From a virus, in IMG/VR virus record IMGVR_UViG_3300045988_171772, positions 96,001 through 160,000 of that record: a stretch of DNA of 64,000 nucleotides; one strand, given 5' to 3'. Within the stretch, counting starts at the first letter, position 1. Every line of letters starts with the position of its first letter. The position numbers and the translations under genes were made by a program. Below the pieces are notes generated by a model that was given only the letters and a program-made list of their open reading frames with translations, had not been told where the DNA came from and did not search any database. Positions 59,202-64,000 of the stretch are shown here, piece by piece.

Positions 59202-59711
59202 CTACTTTTCTTTGGTATTCTCTTTATCCTCTACTTTATCATCAGTAGATTCTTTCTCATCCTGGTCTGACTCTGCATTCTCATCATCCTTCTCGGCTTC
59301 TTTGCCAATAGCTGATACAAACGCGCTTCCAAGACCAGTGCTATTCTTCGCAATGAACTCTTTGCACATAGTGGATACAAAGGTACTGTGCGTAATGGCA
59401 GAAATAATGCTTCGTGATAAGATTCCACCAATGAATCCGATCACGATAGACAAACCTTCATTCCTCAGGTTATCAGAGACTCCAAGGAGATCGATGGCCA
59501 TAACAATGAAGGTGACAATCATTGACGAGAGTAGAATCAAACTTTTGCTCACTTTGATGACCTTCTCGCCACGAAGCTTACTCACCTTATCAATTGCAAT
59601 AGAGCCCAGCAAGCATGGTATAAAGATAGGAATATAGTTGAGAATGAAATGGATGTAGATATGAAGATATCGAAAATCCTCTTTGGTCAATCCTAATATC
59701 TCTTCGGGCAC
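59202..59711 (-). CDS. holin-like membrane protein (169 aa, acidic tail)
   Basis: Several hydrophobic helices followed by a charged C-terminus. Divergent neighbour of the endolysin gene. It is the only confident CDS ending in TAG, and TAA follows immediately. Confidence 0.55.
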   Translation of the reverse strand: MPEEILGLTKEDFRYLHIYIHFILNYIPIFIPCLLGSIAIDKVSKLRGEKVIKVSKSLILLSSMIVTFIVMAIDLLGVSDNLRNEGLSIVIGFIGGILSRSIISAITHSTFVSTMCKEFIAKNSTGLGSAFVSAIGKEAEKDDENAESDQDEKESTDDKVEDKENTKEK

Positions 59712-59728
59712 CTTCGATCCTCCTTTCT

Positions 59729-59745
59729 CTCAAACACCGTTATCT
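59729..59745 (+). promoter_or_regulatory. candidate promoter variant (CTCAAACACC-G-TTATCT)
   Basis: It shares TCTCAAACACC with the 2541 and 10929 sites, but the spacing to TA is one nucleotide shorter. Lies 140 nt upstream of the endolysin ATG. Confidence 0.25.
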
Positions 59746-59885
59746 TCATGTTTTTGGCCTATCTGGGCTGGATTCAGGCTTGTACTGATTAAAAGGTATC
59801 TGGAAACCTATTCATAATACCGCTACGATTAACCATATGCGTCAACCGATTCAACGAAATCTTTTGCAGAAAGGAGAGATTTCTT

Positions 59886-60965
59886 ATGGCTCAGAAGCTC
59901 ATGTTCCCCATGAAGACTCTGAATGTCTCCCAGGGGTATGGTGTCTCTGTGGAGGGTGTTGCTGCAAATACCTTCTCTCATAAGGGAACCAATTGTATCG
60001 ATATTTGCGGTAAAGACACTGGTCAGCAGTATACCTATGCCATGTGTGACTGTGTTGTGAAACGCATTTACAATGGCAATACTGCTTCTTCCAAGTGTAA
60101 CTTTACTTGGTATGAATCTACTGCTCCTGTGCAGACTCGTAAGCATGGTCTGGTTTATGTGAACTGGATCCAGGCTCACTGCAACAATGAGGATATTACC
60201 AAATTGGGTATCCGGGTTGGTAAAGTCTTTAAGCAGGGTGAGATCTGCGGAAGAGAGGGTACCGCTGGTAAAGCCACTGGTAACCATGTCCATATCAGTC
60301 TCGGAATTGGTAAATTCCAGGGAACTGGTTGGTATGAGACTTCCTCTGGTAACTGGCAGTGCTACAATCCTGCTTATCTGAATCAGGAGTGCTATCTGGC
60401 TGCTGATACCGTTATTATCCGCTCTGGTGGATATAACTGGGTTAAGCTGTCTGATTCTACTTCTACTGTCACTCCTCCGACCACTGGTTCTTCGGAATCC
60501 ACCTATACCAAAGGAGCTGCTGTTCGTCTTATCAATGACAAGCTGTATACTGTTTCCTCTGGTACTTCTGGTGTTACCAAGAGTGGTGTCTTCTACATCT
60601 ATGATGGAAAACTCACCAATGGTCGTTATCGTGTCACCAACAATCCCCGCTATTGCAATGACAAGACTCTGAATGTCTCTCATGTATCTGGTTGGGTGAT
60701 TCCCTCTGAAGTGGATAGTGTCTCCAACACGACTTCTTCCACTGCTCCCTATATTGGGAAACCTGTGAAACTGAGTGATCAGAAGCTCTATACTTCTTCT
60801 ACCGGTACCACGGGTTATACCAAATATCAGACCTATTACATCTATGACAATGCTCCTGTGAATAACCGGTATAGAGTCACCAACTCTACCGCCAGAGTTT
60901 ACAAAGGAACCTTTGTCGCCTCCAACGTTTCTGGATGGGTAGATGCTTCTCTTGTCTCTAAGTAA
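59886..60965 (+). CDS. endolysin: M23 metallopeptidase plus two tandem SH3b-like cell-wall-binding repeats
   Basis: SHKGTNCIDI (H...D) and GNHVHISLG (H.H) are M23 zinc ligands. A Thr/Pro/Ser linker follows. Two repeats of about 70 aa (about 60498-60710 and 60744-60950) share Y..Y.IYD...N.RYRVTN.......VSGWV. Confidence 0.8.
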   Translation: MAQKLMFPMKTLNVSQGYGVSVEGVAANTFSHKGTNCIDICGKDTGQQYTYAMCDCVVKRIYNGNTASSKCNFTWYESTAPVQTRKHGLVYVNWIQAHCNNEDITKLGIRVGKVFKQGEICGREGTAGKATGNHVHISLGIGKFQGTGWYETSSGNWQCYNPAYLNQECYLAADTVIIRSGGYNWVKLSDSTSTVTPPTTGSSESTYTKGAAVRLINDKLYTVSSGTSGVTKSGVFYIYDGKLTNGRYRVTNNPRYCNDKTLNVSHVSGWVIPSEVDSVSNTTSSTAPYIGKPVKLSDQKLYTSSTGTTGYTKYQTYYIYDNAPVNNRYRVTNSTARVYKGTFVASNVSGWVDASLVSK

Positions 60966-61018
60966 GAGATAAAAAGAATGGATATGAGATCTCTATTACA
61001 AGACTCATATCCATTCTT

Positions 61019-61489
61019 TTATTTTCCTCTGACAAAGATGATGTAGGATAAATATACCCATAAGATAATTACAGGTAATGTCAAGAAACCAAAGATTTCT
61101 AACATATTTGTGATATCTGCATTCAGTCTCATACCAATAAAGGGTACCACAATTGCAAAGCTCATTAAAAGCTTCTTAACTTCTATCATGAAATTGATCA
61201 ATCTAGGAGTTACATATCGATCATTTCGATCTCTATTTGGTAAGAATCGAAATTGAAGGATCACCAATAACTCTGTCAATATATACGGAAGCATATCCCC
61301 AATGACAAATGCAATAGCTACCATGACAATCGCTGATAGAGGATCTTCATCCATAAAACATTGGATAGCACATAACACTGCAAAGAAGAATAACTCTGGT
61401 CTCATTCTCTTTCCTATGATGCTCAATAACTTAGCAGGTTCCTCATTGAAGGTAGATGTCACTGGTACATAGATGACACAGAGAATCAT
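61019..61489 (-). CDS. hypothetical polytopic membrane protein (start uncertain)
   Basis: Track ORF with four or more hydrophobic segments. TAA stop. Confidence 0.6.
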   Translation of the reverse strand: MILCVIYVPVTSTFNEEPAKLLSIIGKRMRPELFFFAVLCAIQCFMDEDPLSAIVMVAIAFVIGDMLPYILTELLVILQFRFLPNRDRNDRYVTPRLINFMIEVKKLLMSFAIVVPFIGMRLNADITNMLEIFGFLTLPVIILWVYLSYIIFVRGK

Positions 61490-61869
61490 GTCAAATAGAT
61501 TGGATAGAATTCTAGATAATGAAATTCACCAGAATAATTCAAAGATCTTTCTAGCTGTTTCCATAAATATATTACATTCCTTTCATGTCCGTAGAAAATT
61601 ACTATATGGTCAAAACGATATTAAAATAATGGAAAGGCTTGTCATATCACTTTTAAAAAGAGAAAATATGACATAAAAATAAAATTGCTATTCTCTCTTA
61701 CTGGGATTCTTTAGACAGCATTGCGTACACATCTGCGAGCAGTTTTGCACCTGAAGTCAATCGGATGACATCCAACCGCCTTTCTTTTGTACACACACTT
61801 CTTTCATACCTACAGAACTCCTTGTATTTACCCTGCCTACGGTTACCTGAAAGAATCCCAGTTTGTTTA

Positions 61870-61918
61870 AAATACCCCGTTATCATCCATTTCTCATACG
61901 GATGATAACGGGGTATTT
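61870..61918 (-). terminator. hairpin terminator (19-bp stem) after the beta-prime gene
   Basis: AAATACCCCGTTATCATCC (61870-61888) pairs with GGATGATAACGGGGTATTT (61900-61918). Confidence 0.8.
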
Positions 61919-61926
61919 GTGTCCTT

Positions 61927-63624
61927 TTATTCTGCTTTGGTTAAGTTATAGAAGGTGAGATAAGCCTCATTCTGTACCACTCGGATCAATTCCTGATCTT
62001 CTGTGATATAATGCTTGGGAGACTTCAGAAGTTTCTCAGCTTCTTCATTGGCTTCCTGAGTAAAGACCATCTTCTCTGTAATCTGGTCACCGTCATAGTC
62101 TCCTCCCAGACCTTTCAGATAGGGAACGGACATTGTGACAGTATCCACAAAAAGAGTAGACACTCTAGATTCAGGAAGACTCGGATCAATCACAGGATAG
62201 TATTTGTATTCTTTTCCCATGACTGTCATCTTGGTAGTCTTCAGAGTAGAGAGAATAAATACTCTAGACGGGAAGATACCAAAATAGTCAGTCAGAGGAT
62301 ATCTTGTGATATAGACATGCTTATCCGCAAGACAGTTATTAGCACAGATATAGAGAAGATCAGTCCAGGTAAAGACTCTATTTGAGATATCTTTCCCTGC
62401 ATCTGGATTCTTCGGGTTATATTTCGTATCCCCAGGGAATCTAAAAGGAAATTCTCCTTCTTCTGTAGGAATCATAACCGGTCTAAATCGTACACCGGGT
62501 GTATTGATCCAGAGATCAATCTGTTTCTGGACATAGTCTTCGGTATACATGGACATCGGTTCATCGAGATTGATCAATCTCACTTTCCCATCTTTTCCCC
62601 GAATGGGATATCTGGTACCAATGGCTTCAAACAACTGTCTCATGAATTCCAAGACTTCCGCTTTCATGAAGGGGAATCCCATGACACAGAGTTGAGCCAG
62701 AGGAAATCCAGTGGAATACATATCGATCGGATTATCATCAGGGGTATCATACATATCCATGTTGACACAAGAGATAACACTCCGATATCCATAGTCAATG
62801 GATTTACCTAAGACACTCTTTTTGAAGAATCCATGCTTCAATTGGACAAGACTCTGACCATACTTTCTGATATTGAGTAATGTCTGCTGAATCATGAATT
62901 TGGTATTATGTGCCATAGAGGGAATCGGACTTCTCTGATAGAATTGAGCATAACGAATCAAATCGCAATACCACTTATCAATATCCGGAGTCTTTTCGAT
63001 TCCAGATACAGTCTGAATCTCCCTATAGAATACCGGAATGACCAACCACTTTGTGATGACAATGTCTTCCTTCTTATAGGAAGCAAGAAGTTTCACTCTC
63101 TGGTCTCTGATACGAGAAGAGTTTCTCTTCCATTTAAAATCATCCCAATGATCAATCAACCAGTCAATACCAGTAGCCTCAGGATCATAATTGGGTTCTG
63201 TCTCCAGAATCTCTTTGATCTGTCCATCCTTGTCAACACTCCAAGATCCCTGTCCAGCTACAATCTTGGACATGGTATTCTTAGGAATGACGTTGGATAG
63301 AATCTGGTAGATATAAGGATGAAACACTCTGGTACCGATATCAATATAAGAGAATTTCGTCCTTCTCTCATCCGGCGTCACACCAAAAATATAGGGGGAG
63401 AATACACCATCAGAAGTGAATACTCCTCCTCTTTCTTTGGCAGTTGCATTGGTAACTGGGATCATCTTATTTCTCTCGGCATTGAATTCAATAAACTTAT
63501 CCGTGATGATGTCAATGTACATGGGAGAATCATCAGATCCCGCAGTAGGGTTCTTTACACCCTCTAAGGCAGCAACAGTAGAATCCGGAACGAAGTCTTC
63601 TGTCATTTTCCAAAAATTCTTCAT
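61927..63624 (-). CDS. multisubunit RNA polymerase beta-prime-like subunit, N-terminal half
   Basis: KHGFFKKSVLGKSIDYGYRSVI parallels [29 protein letters not shown]..YFGI parallels NR.PTLHR.GI. GLGGDYDGDQI is the catalytic NADFDGDQ motif. The protein ends about 50 aa after it, the typical phage split point. Confidence 0.9.
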   Translation of the reverse strand: MKNFWKMTEDFVPDSTVAALEGVKNPTAGSDDSPMYIDIITDKFIEFNAERNKMIPVTNATAKERGGVFTSDGVFSPYIFGVTPDERRTKFSYIDIGTRVFHPYIYQILSNVIPKNTMSKIVAGQGSWSVDKDGQIKEILETEPNYDPEATGIDWLIDHWDDFKWKRNSSRIRDQRVKLLASYKKEDIVITKWLVIPVFYREIQTVSGIEKTPDIDKWYCDLIRYAQFYQRSPIPSMAHNTKFMIQQTLLNIRKYGQSLVQLKHGFFKKSVLGKSIDYGYRSVISCVNMDMYDTPDDNPIDMYSTGFPLAQLCVMGFPFMKAEVLEFMRQLFEAIGTRYPIRGKDGKVRLINLDEPMSMYTEDYVQKQIDLWINTPGVRFRPVMIPTEEGEFPFRFPGDTKYNPKNPDAGKDISNRVFTWTDLLYICANNCLADKHVYITRYPLTDYFGIFPSRVFILSTLKTTKMTVMGKEYKYYPVIDPSLPESRVSTLFVDTVTMSVPYLKGLGGDYDGDQITEKMVFTQEANEEAEKLLKSPKHYITEDQELIRVVQNEAYLTFYNLTKAE

Positions 63625-63686
63625 TTGGAGTTTCCTCCTATATGAGATTTCTTATACGATCATTTAGAATCTTGTCCAAAATGAAG

Positions 63687-63745
63687 AAAAAAGAAGGTAC
63701 CATAATTCTCAATAAATGTCGAGAGATTGTGGTACCTTCTTTTTT
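63687..63745. terminator. hairpin terminator (16-bp stem)
   Basis: AAAAAAGAAGGTACCA (63687-63702) pairs with TGGTACCTTCTTTTTT (63730-63745). Confidence 0.75.
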
Positions 63746-63851
63746 GAAGAGTGAAGCGACATGGATCTTTTTCCTATATTCAATTTTCTAGATATACGAA
63801 AGGATATTGAATATATATAGATCACCTTTCTACTCTTTACAAGGAATTGGA

Positions 63852-64000
63852 TTAGAAGATCAGGTCATTCTTCATGAAGCTCGTAAAACTATAAGGAACC
63901 GGATCTGCTTTATAATAGTATCTCTTCAATCTTTCTTCTGCAGCCCTCCATGTGTACTCAGCTCTCTCACGATGGTTGTTAGTTACGGTATTGGCATACT
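63852..64000 (-). CDS. hypothetical protein, partial (N-terminus beyond the right window edge)
   Basis: The minus-strand frame is open from the window edge to the TAA at 63852-63854. Reads ...NHRERAEYTWRAAEERLKRYYYKADPVPYSFTSFMKNDLIF. Not in the track because it is truncated. Confidence 0.5.
   Translation of the reverse strand, partial: YANTVTNNHRERAEYTWRAAEERLKRYYYKADPVPYSFTSFMKNDLIF

Noticed and set aside
1-64000. Integrated prophage with att sites, integrase or lysogeny module
   Set aside because: No integrase, repressor-like or excisionase-like ORF is recognisable, and there is no flanking bacterial gene in this window. Only phage-type modules are seen. The tRNAs are intact, stand-alone genes.

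Overview
This window is a contiguous piece of a large, AT-rich tailed-phage (Caudoviricetes) genome, not a bacterial chromosome. All calls were made by eye from the sequence and the ORF track; no database searches were run.

Recognisable genes:
- Replication and recombination: DnaG-like primase, trimeric dUTPase, RusA-like resolvase.
- A 2774-aa virion or ejection protein with two C-terminal cysteine-peptidase modules.
- Split multisubunit RNA polymerase genes: a beta-like gene and a beta-prime N-terminal half carrying GGDYDGDQ.
- Large terminase, a putative scaffold plus major capsid pair, a tail-collar protein and a fibre-like protein.
- N4 gp49-like protein, two tRNAs (Thr-UGU, Gly-UCC), and a lysis region (M23 endolysin with two wall-binding repeats, plus holin-like membrane proteins) that suggests a Gram-positive host.
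- About half of the roughly 55 CDS have no assignable function.

Most notable observations:
1. Two paralogous group I introns without endonuclease ORFs interrupt the RNAP beta-like gene inside its GDK...KG motif and the terminase gene just after SSTP. P1, P10, the J8/7-P7 block and a terminal G are all readable, and splicing restores the frame in both.
2. A 1.4-kb ORF-free island lies between two perfect hairpins of 19 and 21 bp and carries about 36 same-strand TCTAT / TCTATARGAA motifs.
3. TAG is almost unused as a stop codon: 1 confident case in about 55, and that one is immediately followed by TAA.
4. Codon usage is bimodal. A handful of GC3-rich genes, including the putative capsid gene, sit in an AT-rich background.
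5. A recurrent AAAACACC-N4-TA promoter-like motif and a family of CTATAG-based palindromes occur in intergenic regions.
6. Several ORF-poor, hairpin-bounded, GC-shifted segments could be structured RNAs.

Many long ORFs in the track are antisense shadows and are rejected.
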